The notes beneath the pieces were generated by a model, which did no database searches, was not told where the DNA came from, and worked only from the letters and a program-made list of their open reading frames with translations. 64,000 nucleotides of DNA from the human T2T-CHM13v2.0 reference genome, Homo sapiens: NCBI RefSeq assembly GCF_009914755.1, contig NC_060932.1; one strand, 5' to 3'. This document shows positions 53,835 through 64,000 of this stretch, in pieces. Positions within the stretch are counted from its first letter, which is position 1; the number at the start of each line of letters is the position of its first letter. The translations under genes and the position numbers were made by a program.

Positions 53835-55264
53835 TCCCAGGGAGATCATTCTTAAACAAAGGCCCAAGTAGGGCTCCTTCCGCAAAGCCCCAGTTGCTTC
53901 CTTCTGTGGCCCAACTAAGCTCAAGTTCATAAGACACTCCTCCAGCTCCTCAGAGATCTGGCCTTCACCTGCTTTTGTAGCCTCATGCTCACTTCATCCT
54001 TAAGCTTCAGCTCGATGTAACCCGGGTCTAAGTCCTGTTCTCTGTTCCTTCCCTGGCTGCCCCAATTCTTCAAGGCATGGTGCAAAGAGTGGGCTGTTTT
54101 CCTGATGTCCCAACACCAACTTGGTCCCTCTTTTGTGTTCCTGGAGAATGTTGATGGTCTTTTTGTTGGTTACTGAATTTATACTTACAAAAATGTTGTG
54201 GCTTTCTCCTCAGCAGAGGGACCCTGTATAGCAGGTGGATAGTTTGTAAAAAGCAGAGTTTGGGATTGATTTGGATGTCACTCTTGGCTTTTCCACCTAC
54301 ACTGTCTGTGGCCTTCTTCAAGGGCTTTAACCTCTTCCAGGCTGCAAATCCTTGTTGGGATATGGGGGTAGTGGCTCCTGTTGTAAGGATTCATTTTTGT
54401 ATTTACATGCCCACAGCACCACTAGACCATGGGATCTTGAGGCAGACTCTGGATTTGATTAAACTCCTGGTGCTTATTTATTCCCACAGAACTTGTCCTG
54501 CTCACATATGCCAGCTAGAAAGGGAACTGGAGACTGATGAACCTATGACGGGGCCATGGCATTTGGCTACCTTGCTCCTGCTACCTCTGCCAGTGGGTCC
54601 CAAGTCTGGCATATTCTTGCCCACTTCTGCAATGACCTCTTTGTGAATCCAGGTCTCTGTGGGGGCACAGGGTGTCACAAGGTAGATGACCTACCCGCTA
54701 CAGCTCCACCAAGCATGCTGTTCCATGCTCTCTTTCGTCTGACTTTGCATGTTCTCTCATTGTTCTTGTTTTAGCCTGAGGGTAGACCTCTGGCCTCTTC
54801 AGACATGATCCCAGCACCTGCTTCTTCAATCCAGAACCTCCCCTGGGCCTTGGAGTTGAGCAGGTTGTCCCAGTTCTTCCTTTGTGTTGGGCTCCCTTGT
54901 GGTTCTCTTTCCTGCCAGGGGACCTTTTGTGACCACCTTAGTTTACAAGAGAGGTTCCAATAGCATTGACTCTTCAAAAGGAATGTGTGGGAATTTCTGG
55001 TCTCCTTGTCTCTTGGCGAATGAGCATCTCTCCCAAGCCTTGTCTCTACAGAGGAGGGGTACTTGGAGAGACAACCTTTGTGATGTCACCAAATAGTCCT
55101 GTTATATTTTTTCTTCCAGGGACACATGTATATTACAAAGAGGGGCCACAAAAGTCACCATTTGTAGAACAAAGAGGATTAGCTTCAAGCTCTTTCTGAA
55201 TCCATCTAGACCAGGAAGCAAGGCCACTTTTTCAGAGGGAGTCTCTTCTTTTTTCAAGATCTAC

Positions 55265-55420
55265 TGCAGGATTTCTCAAAGTTTAAAGCATTTATGAATT
55301 GCCTGGGTATCTTGCTAAAATTCAGTAGTTCTGGGGAGGGGCCTGAGATATCCCACATGTTTAACAAGCTTCTGGGTGACAACCTTGGTGCCTGTCCTTG
55401 GACTAAGCTTCAGAAACTAG
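55265..55420. mobile_element. MER5-family MITE
   Basis: TTTCTCAAAGTTT…GGGGCCTGAGA…TTTAACAAGCTTCTGGGTGA. Confidence 0.6.
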
Positions 55421-55559
55421 GGTCTGGCTACGCAATCAGACACCTGGCCAAATCTGTATCCCCAACACTTAGTATTAGTCACCTGGTAAACAGTGGGCAA
55501 TGGGTAAATTGTTATTGGGTGGATTAAATCATTAATTCATCCTAATTGTAATGTTCACA

Positions 55560-55740
55560 ATAAAAAACCATTCATTGAGCTTTTAATATCTTCCAGACAC
55601 TGTGATTTACATCAATTCCCACAAGAGCCTGGTGAGGGACTTGTAATCATCACTTTCATTGGCAGATGAGAAAACCAAGGCTCAGAGAGGTTGAGTGGTT
55701 GTCCTGGTGATGAAGCAAGAATGTGAACCCACAGCCTGGG
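55560..55740 (-). mobile_element. MIR SINE
   Basis: CAGATGAGAAAACCAAGGCTCAGAGAGGTTGAGTG core. Confidence 0.75.
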
Positions 55741-55937
55741 CCCTGAACATCTGTCTTATCCAGGCTCTCTATAGGAGGGCGTAGAGGTTGTACTTCTGCA
55801 TCCCTTGCCAACTCTACAAGTAGCTTTGAGTATGTTGCAGGTGCTTGATAATTTCTCTTATTTAATTAATGAATTACACTTATCTTCAAGTTAATGTCAA
55901 AATACTTTAAAGTAGAAAATGTTGTCATTTTTCTCTA

Positions 55938-56282
<345 letters not shown>

Positions 56283-56339
56283 TCAAGACAGAAAAATCCT
56301 TTCAAATAGGAACTGTTACTTGAGTGCTTGGAGAAGCAT

Positions 56340-56476
56340 CATAGTTTCTGAAAAACTTCTGAATTGTATGCAGCATTTTTCTATATATTATGTGGGTGCA
56401 TTTTCTGGTGGACTGAATCCATAGATTTCATCAGACTTTCAGTGGGTATGTGACTTCAGAAGAGCTAAGGACAACT
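56340..56476 (+). mobile_element. MER103C-like MITE fragment
   Basis: TGAATTGTATGCA…GTGCATTTTCTGG…TCCATAGATTTCATCAGA. Confidence 0.6.
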
Positions 56477-56779
56477 CCTTCAGGTAATTAAAATTACATC
56501 AAGGATTACACTTACGTATATAATTTACTCTTCAGAATTGTTACATAGAGGAAATAATTTTGCATGTGTGACCCCCCAAAAAAAGGGCAGAATTGCTAAA
56601 GATTTGTTGACCTGATTATGAACTGCTGAGTGGGTCAGGCGCTGTGACCTCGCTCTTCTAGTTTCTCTCAGATCCTTCTCAAATAATTCGAGTCTCATCT
56701 CTTACTATGTTCTGTTCATTATTGATTCTCTGAAGTCTGGGTCAGTGTCTGGCACAGAGCAGGACAATTAAAATGCTGG

Positions 56780-57411
56780 AGAGATATCTGCACTCCCATG
56801 TTTATTGTGGCACTATTCACAATAGCCAAGACATAGAATCAACCTAAGTGTCCATCAATGAATGAATGGATAAAGAAAATGTGGTATATATACACAATGG
56901 AATATTATTCAGCCATACAAAATTAAATCCTGTCATTTGCAACAACATAGATGGAACTGGAGGACATTATGTTAAGTGAAGTAAGCCAGACATGGAAAAA
57001 CAGATATCATATGTTCTTACCAATTTACGGGAGCTAAAAAAAATGGAACTCATGAAGATTGAGTAGAATGATGATTACCAGAGGCTGGGAAGGGTAGTAG
57101 AGGTGGAGGATATAAAGGAGATGGTTAATGGGTATACAAATACAGTTAAATAGAAATAAGATTTAGCTTCAGTAGTGCAATAGGGAGACTGTAGCTAACC
57201 ATAATCTATTGTATATTTCAAAGTAACTAAAAGAGTAGAATTCAAATGTTCCTAATACAAAGAAATGATAAATGCTTGGTGTGATGGATACCCCAGTTAC
57301 ACTGATTTGATCATTACACATTGTATGTTTGTATCAAAATATATGTACCCCATAAATATGTGCAACTATTATGTAACCACAGTAATTAAAAATAAAAAAA
57401 TTAAAAAGACA
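56780..57411 (+). mobile_element. 5'-truncated L1MA (4/5-like)
   Basis: GATATCTGCACTCCCATGTTTATTG…CAACCTAAGTGTCCATCAA…GTACCCCATAAATATG; TSD AAAATG(C/T)TGG at 56770-56779 and 57412-57421. Confidence 0.9.
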
Positions 57412-58162
57412 AAAATGTTGGTAGAACTGTTAAGCTTGAGTAGCTTAGCCTTTTTTAGAATTTGATATCCCACCAAAAATGAGGATATCCTGTGCTTCCT
57501 ATGAGCCTGTGATGATGGCGAGATGAAGTTGCCATCTCTTAGATCGCCACTAGGCTGTGCTATTGATCTGCAGTAGGGTCCCTCTGTTGCCTCTATCTGC
57601 TCTGTGATGATCCATTATTCAAAAGGGTGGTGCTACCAACAGTTAGATTTATTGTGTATAATGTTACACAAAAATGATCAATGCATTTTGCATCTGTGCA
57701 CAGGGCAGATGATTAGCTGCATTCCACCTCCCTTGTACCTGTTCTTGCGTGATGGTACCTGCAGGACTGAACGCCACCACCTTGCCTATGCCGTGAGTCA
57801 CAGATTCATTGTGAAAACCCACAGGCTGCTGCCAACTATTTCAAAGGAATATGTCTTCCTCGCTCCATGTGCTTCATCATTAGGTGGATGAAAAATGATC
57901 CCTTTAGCGAAAGCTGCACCTACTTTCAGTCTCAATTTTAGTTTGGCAACATTAGAGTGTATAACTTACAAGAGTGTCCCTGGAGGGGCGTGCAGGACGT
58001 TTTAAGTCTGTGGGCAGCAGCGGGAGGCAGAACTGTGGCCACCCCTGGCTAGGGTGGAAGTAGATGAAAGTCGACTCTGAGGCTGCTCCCAGCATCCCTC
58101 TTTCCCCACTGTGGCCCTGCCACCTGCCCAAAGCCCGCCTTCCTTGGGTCCCTTGCTCTAGA

Positions 58163-58182
58163 CTGCCCCTAGGCGGCAGTGT
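58163..58182 (+). promoter_or_regulatory. Candidate CTCF site
   Basis: CCCCTAGGCGGCAG differs at 2 of 14 positions from the core CCACTAGGTGGCAG; lies in a locally CpG-containing, repeat-free patch. Confidence 0.35.
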
Positions 58183-58727
58183 CACATAACGGAAAGCGCT
58201 CCGGAGCTTTCGGTTCTAGCTAGTGCTGGTTCTGCCTGGAACTTGCACTGTGTGATTTTAGGCAACTCACTTCCCATCTCAGGCCTCTGTATTCTCCCCT
58301 GTAGTATAGGGACACTAATAGCCACTCTGTCAGGGTATGTGAGGCTCTTCCTATACTGTGATATGCTTTTCAAGTGGGAGGCCCTTCGAGGAACTGGGAA
58401 ACCTATGTTCTAGGTCTTGATTTGCCTTGTGGCGTTCAGCAAATCTCTTAACCTTTCTGGGCCTAAAATCACTGATTTGTAAAAGACAAGGTTACAGCAG
58501 ATGATGCTTATCTTAGTCCATTGGGCTGCTAGAACAAAATATCTTAGGCTGGGTAATTTATACATAATAGAACCTTCTTTCTCACAATTCTGGAAGTGAG
58601 GAACTCCAAGATTAAGGCACCAGCAAATCTAGTGTCTAGTGAGGGCTCTTTTCTACTTTACAGGTGAGGCCTCTTGCTGAGTCCTTTCAGGGTGGCAGGG
58701 GCCAATAGTTCCCTTTCACTTCTTTAT

Positions 58728-59145
58728 TTTTTATTTATTTATTTTTATTCTTTAAATTTTATTTTACTTTAAGTTCTGGGATATGTGCCGGCTTGCTACA
58801 AAGGTAAACGTGTGCTATGGTGATTTGCTGCACCTATTAACCTGTTACCTAGGCATTAAGCTCCACATGCACACATGCATTAGCTATTTGTTCTGATGCT
58901 TTCCCTCCCCTTCCCACCGCCCCCCATTCAACCCCCGACCCCCGGCAACAGGCCTTGGTGTGTGATGTTCCCCTCCCTGTGTCCATGTGTTCTCATTGTT
59001 CGGCTCCCACTTATGAATGAGAACATGTGGTGTTTGGTTTTCTGTTCCTGTGTTAATTTGCTGAGGATAATGGCTTCCAGCTTCATCCATGTCCCTGCAA
59101 AGGACATGATCTCATTCCTTTTTATGGCTGCATAGTATTCCATGG
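58728..59145 (-). mobile_element. 5'-truncated L1PA (8-10-like)
   Basis: GGTGTGTGATGTTCCCCTCCCTGTGTCCATGTG 3' UTR; 16-bp TSD CCTT(T/G)CAC(T/C)TCTTTAT at 58712-58727 and 59146-59161. Confidence 0.92.
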
Positions 59146-59231
59146 CCTTGCACCTCTTTATAAGGTCACTAATCCTGTTCACGAGGACTCTGCCCTCATG
59201 ACTTAATCAGCACCTAAAGGTAACATCTCAT

Positions 59232-61487
59232 TTTTAAAAATTTTTAAATTTATTTTTATTTTTATATTTCAATAGTTTTTGTATAGGTGGCTTTCAGTTA
59301 CATGAATAAATTATTTAGTGATGATTTCTGAGATTTTGGTGCACTTGTCACCCAAGCAGTGTACACACTGTACCCAAAGTATAGTCTTTTACCTGTCACC
59401 CTCTTCCCACCCTTCCTCTTGAGCCCACAAAGTCCATTATATCATTCTTATGCCTTTGCCTCCTGATAGCTTGGCTCCCATTTATAAGTTAGAACATACG
59501 GTATTTGGTTTTCCATTCCTGAGTTACTTCACTTAGAATAATGACCTCCAACTCTGCCCAAGTTGCTGCAAAAGCCATTATTTCATTTTGGTTTATGGCT
59601 GAGTAGTATTCCATGGGGCATATAAACCACATTTTCTTTATCCAGTCATTGGTTGATGGATACTTATGTTGGTTCCATATTTTTGCAATTGTGAATTGTG
59701 CTGCTATAAACACACATGTGCATTTGTCTTTTTCATATAATGACTTATTTTCCTTTGGGTAGATACCCATTACTGGGATTGCTGGACTGAATGGTAGTTT
59801 TGCTTTTAGTTCTTTAAGGAATCTCCATACTTCCCACCAGCACTGTAAAAGTGTCCCCTTTTCACCACATCCATGCCAACATCTATTATTTTTAATTTTT
59901 AAAATTATGGTCATTCTTGCAGGAGTAAGGTGGTATCTCATTGTGGTTTTAATTTGCATTTCCCTGATAATCAGTAATGTTGAGCATTTTTTCATGTTTG
60001 TTGGCTGGTTGTATTCTTTTTTATTGTCTATTCATGTCCTTTGCCCACTTTTTGACGGGATTATTTGCTTTTTTCTTTCTGATTTGTTTGAGTTCCTTGT
60101 AGATTCTGGGTATTAGTTCTTTGTCAGATGCATAGTTTGAGAATATTTTCTCCCACTCTCTGGGTTGTATGTTTACTCTGCTTATTATTTATTTTGCTGT
60201 GCAGAAGCTTTTTAGTCTAATTAGGTCCAATGTATTTTTATTTGTGTCACATTTGCTTTTGGATTCTTAGTCACAAATTCTTTGCTTAAGCCAATGTCTG
60301 GAAGTTTTTCTGGTGTTATCTTCTAGAATATTTATGGTTTCAGGTCTTAGATTTAAGTCTTTGATCCATCTTGAGTTGATTTTTGTATAAGGTGAGAGAA
60401 GAGGATCCAGTTTCATTCTTCTACTGTGGCTTGCTAGTTATCCCAGCACCATTTATTCAATAGGGTGTCCTGTCCCACTTTATGTTTTGGTATGCTTTGG
60501 CAAAGATCAGTTGGCTGTATTTGGCTTTATTCTGGGTTCTCTAATCTGTTCTGTGGGCCTACATGCCTATTTTTATACCAGTACCATGCTGTTTTGGTGA
60601 CTATAGCCTTGTAATATAATTTGAAGTCTGGTAATGTGATGCCTCCAGATTTGTTCTTTTTGCTTCGTATTGCTTTGGCTGGCAGGCTCTTTTTTTTGGT
60701 TCCATATAACTTTTAGCATTGTTTTTTCTAGTTCTGTGTAGAATGATGATGGTATTTTGATGAGAATTACATTGAATCTGTAGATGCTTTTGGTGGTATG
60801 ATCATTTTCACAATATTGATTCTATCCATCTATGAACATGGCATGGGTTTCCATTTGTTTGTGTCATCTATGATTACTTTCAGCAGTGTTTGGTGGTTTT
60901 CCCTGTAGAGATCTTTTACTTCTTTGGTTAGGTATATTCCTAAGTATTTTGGTTTTATTTTTTGCAGTGGTTGTAAAGAGATTGAGTTCTTGATTTGGTT
61001 CTCAGCTTGGTTGCTATTAGTGTATAGCAGTGATACTGATTTTGTACACTGATTTTGTATCCTGAGACTTTACTGAATTTATTTATCAGATTCAGGAGCT
61101 TTCTGGGTGAGTCTTTAGGTTTCTCTAGGTATACAATCATATCATTGGTGAACAGTAACAGTTTGACTTCCTCTTTTCCAATTTGGATTCCCTTAATTTT
61201 TTTTCTCTTGTCTGATTGCTCTGGCTAGGGCTTCCAGTACTGTGTTGACTAGAAGTGGTAAAAGTGGGCATCCTTGTCTTGTTCCAATTCTTAGGGGGAA
61301 TGCTTTCGATTTTTCCCCATTCACTATGATGTTGGCTGTGGGTTTGTCATAGCTGGTTTTTATTACTTTGACTTATGTCCCTTCTATGACAATTTTGTTG
61401 AGGGTTTTAACCTAGGGATGCTGAATATTATCAAATGCTTTCCCTATGTATATTGAGATGATCATGTATTCATAACTGTTTATGTGA
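59232..61487 (-). mobile_element. 5'-truncated L1PB1-like LINE-1 (distal ORF2 plus 3' UTR)
   Basis: GATTTCTGAGATTTTGGTGCAC 3' UTR; ORF2 peptides [28 protein letters not shown] and [16 protein letters not shown]. Confidence 0.92.
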
Positions 61488-61999
61488 GCAACACCTCTTA
61501 ATGATATCATATTAGTGATTAAGTTTTAACACATGAAATTTGGAGGGACACAAATATTCAGACCATAGCACCACTTCAGGTCTTTTCCATGCTACACTTC
61601 AACCTGTCCTGTGTTCTACATCTTTACAGCCTTAACCTGGAAAATAATCAGGTAGACTAAAGAATACAGAAGCAAGTACACAAATGGGCAATCAGGATGA
61701 CCTGGATTACTCCTGCAGCATAATTCATCTTTTACCAGGGGACAAAAATGCCAGGACACTTTCTTTTCCTGGTCTGCTAGAGAGTTACTATTGTAGCCCT
61801 GAGACCACCCCACCCCCTCTGACCCCAGTGCCCAGCTTTTTCTAATACCCTCAGCCAATGTGAAGTCTTCTTAATTCTGTGCTTGTTCATTACACCTCAC
61901 AACACAAAAATTATATTTGTCATGTGTTTGTCTTTGAATTGAGTCTTATTTTTTCCGTTTTTATTGCTCTTTTAGCCTGTCATAGATAAAACTTACTTT

Positions 62000-62190
62000 A
62001 TATTGTCATTATCTGAACATGCCTGTTTCTCTATCTGTAAAGTGGATATCTGTAATGGGACTGTCAGTCATTTCCATACTCTCAGCAGCTAACACAGTGC
62101 CTGGCACATGGTAATCACTTGAGAAGAGATTTTTAGATGAAAGAATGAGTGAGGAGAATAGATGACAGAAAGAATAAATGAATGAATGGA
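62000..62190 (+). mobile_element. L2 3' end
   Basis: AACACAGTGCCTGGCACATGGTA…GAATAAATGAATGAATG. Confidence 0.7.
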
Positions 62191-63074
62191 ACATCTCTAA
62201 TAACGGGGTTTCCGGCCCCACGTCAGTGCTGCTGATAGGGACAGATTTTATGGCCTCATGCAATGTGTTAAGCTGCCTCCTTTACCAATGCAGATGAAAA
62301 CCATCCTTTTTATACTGTCCAAACAATTGGTGTTGAGGTTGTACATTTGCAATCTCAGGCTCAGGTTTTTTTTTTTTTTTTTTTTTGGATGTTGTGTGTG
62401 TTCAAGTATAGACTTCATGTTCTCTTTTATTTTCCTTGAAGGTTAAACTTTTGCTTTTTTTCTTTTATAAAGATGTTTTTAAAATCCCATCTTGAAGCTT
62501 TAAAGATTTTTCTCCCAGCAGATAGATATGGATATATAAAATCCACCCACCTTACAAATGAAAATGATTGATACACATCAAAAGTGTTACCAGCATCGGA
62601 TAATAAAACCCAGCTCAAGTCTCTCTTTAAAAAGCTCACTCAAGGAATTTAACTGAAAAGGCAGATTCCTTAGAGACTCAATGATAGGGAATTTAAGAAT
62701 GAGGAGAGTTGGTAATGGTAAAGAAAGTTACATTTGTTAACGTTTCAGGCACTTTATATAGGATACATTTTCTAATCCCCCTCATATTGCAAGACAACCA
62801 GCATCAGCCCCAGTTTTGCAGGAAAGGAAACTTGAGGCTCTGATATGTTAACCAGTGTGACCAAAGTCATGCATGTCATTGGCAGTACTGGTCTCTGATT
62901 AGGTTTCTGTGCATGTAGCCTCCACATGAATGATCCCACCATCAAGAAACCCCATGAAAAGGGCCATTGGTAAGACTGTGGCTTCATGCAAAAATTATGT
63001 GTCTCTGTTGTTGCAGGCCTCCTTTGATTGCTTCTTGCACAAGGCTGAGTCCTGGTGCACCTTTGTCATCCACA

Positions 63075-63295
63075 GAAGAGTGAGGGCTGGCAAAGTGGGC
63101 AGACACGGGGTCAAATCCCAGCTTCTCTGCTTATTAGCTGTATAGCTTTGAACAAATAACTCTCTTGATTTTCTGATCAGTAAAATGGTGGTGATGATGT
63201 TGCCTGCTTCACAGGATTGTTTTGAAGATTGACATACTGAATAGAAAGTCCTTAGACATGTACCTGGATATAGGAGGTGCCCAGTAAATGTTCAC
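63075..63295 (+). mobile_element. MIR SINE
   Basis: GGGTCAAATCCCAGCTTCT…TTAGCTGT…GTAAAATGG…CACAGGATTGTTTTGAAGATT. Confidence 0.75.
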
Positions 63296-64000
63296 TCAAT
63301 AACTGGATGTCTTATTGAGAAATTAATGGTGTAGTGAATTTCCCCCTTTTGCTTTGTAATAGACTCCTCCCAACCCCACCTCTAGCCCTAAAGATACCTT
63401 GCTATGAATTTGCAAAGTCCTTCCCTCCCTCAAGATACTCTGTTTTTGTCTTCTGGAGATGCTCTTAATAGTTACATCTATGATGACTGTGAATATGAAC
63501 AGCATTTTCTAGGGTTATACAGGGTGAAACCTCTACAATAGTTCTCCACCACCCCGAATCACAAAGCACCATTTTCCTTTTCCTGAAAGTAAGAGGAAGA
63601 CTTCATGTCTTTGGGGGATTGCTCTCCCTTTTCCCAGGGTGGAACTGACCCATGGGTGGAGGCTCAGCTCTTTCCTGGTTGGGGTGGGAGTGGAAGCTGA
63701 TTTTCCAGAGGAGAGAAGGACACAGGCTCAACACTGGAAAAGGAGCGTTGAACTTCCTGAGCCACAACGATGAATATGGGAGGGTGGGATGAGGGAGATG
63801 CCGAGGCAGTAAGACCTTGAGATGGGATACAGTGGGAAGGTTCTGGGTGGACTGAGCCTACTTGTGCTGTGGTGTGGGCTCTGGTTGACTTCTCCTGGTA
63901 AAGATCTCCAGGTTCAGGGGAAGTGTGGTCCCCAACGAAGCCTTTCCCTTCAAATGGACCCTAAAGTACTTGACAAGGAGAACTGGGAGCTGCCACGGCA

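Larger units (their letters stand above)
58509..61570 (-). mobile_element. MST (C/D-like) MaLR LTR split into three pieces by two L1 insertions
   Basis: Pieces 58509-58727, 59146-59230 and 61488-61570 join into one LTR ending GGGACACAAATATTCAGACCATAGCA. Confidence 0.85.

Noticed and set aside
59489-59995. 168-aa ORF with clear protein homology
   Set aside because: It is the C-terminal remnant of L1 ORF2p in a 5'-truncated L1PB, with an internal deletion; not a host gene.

Overview
This is primate genomic DNA. AluY copies point to the catarrhine lineage, probably human, but the locus cannot be identified from sequence alone. I find no credible protein-coding gene, CpG island, tRNA/rRNA gene or CRISPR array. 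The window is intergenic or deep-intronic and is dominated by interspersed repeats: about 20 Alu/FAM/FLAM SINEs (many with readable target-site duplications, TSDs), many MIR and L2 relics, L1 fragments (L1MB, L1MA, L1PA, L1PB, L1MC/ME), MaLR/ERVL LTRs (THE1, MST, MLT1, MLT2, LTR33, LTR41), an ERVL internal relic, and DNA transposons (MER5A, MER3, MER102, MER103C, Tigger3). There is also a full-length but dead Hsmar2 mariner. The long ORFs in the track are repeat-derived or chance. The most notable structures are: (1) a 171-bp locally templated insertion splitting a FAM monomer; (2) a four-level nest MLT1H>MLT1E>Hsmar2>two Alus; (3) an unassigned ~125-bp ancient direct repeat; (4) an L1 with an apparent ORF1-ORF2 microhomology deletion; (5) a tightly spaced inverted Alu pair; (6) a few repeat-free islands with candidate regulatory motifs. 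I see no evidence of a novel multi-gene system. Subfamily names come from recalled consensus sequences and should be confirmed with RepeatMasker/Dfam. Boundaries of old elements are approximate.
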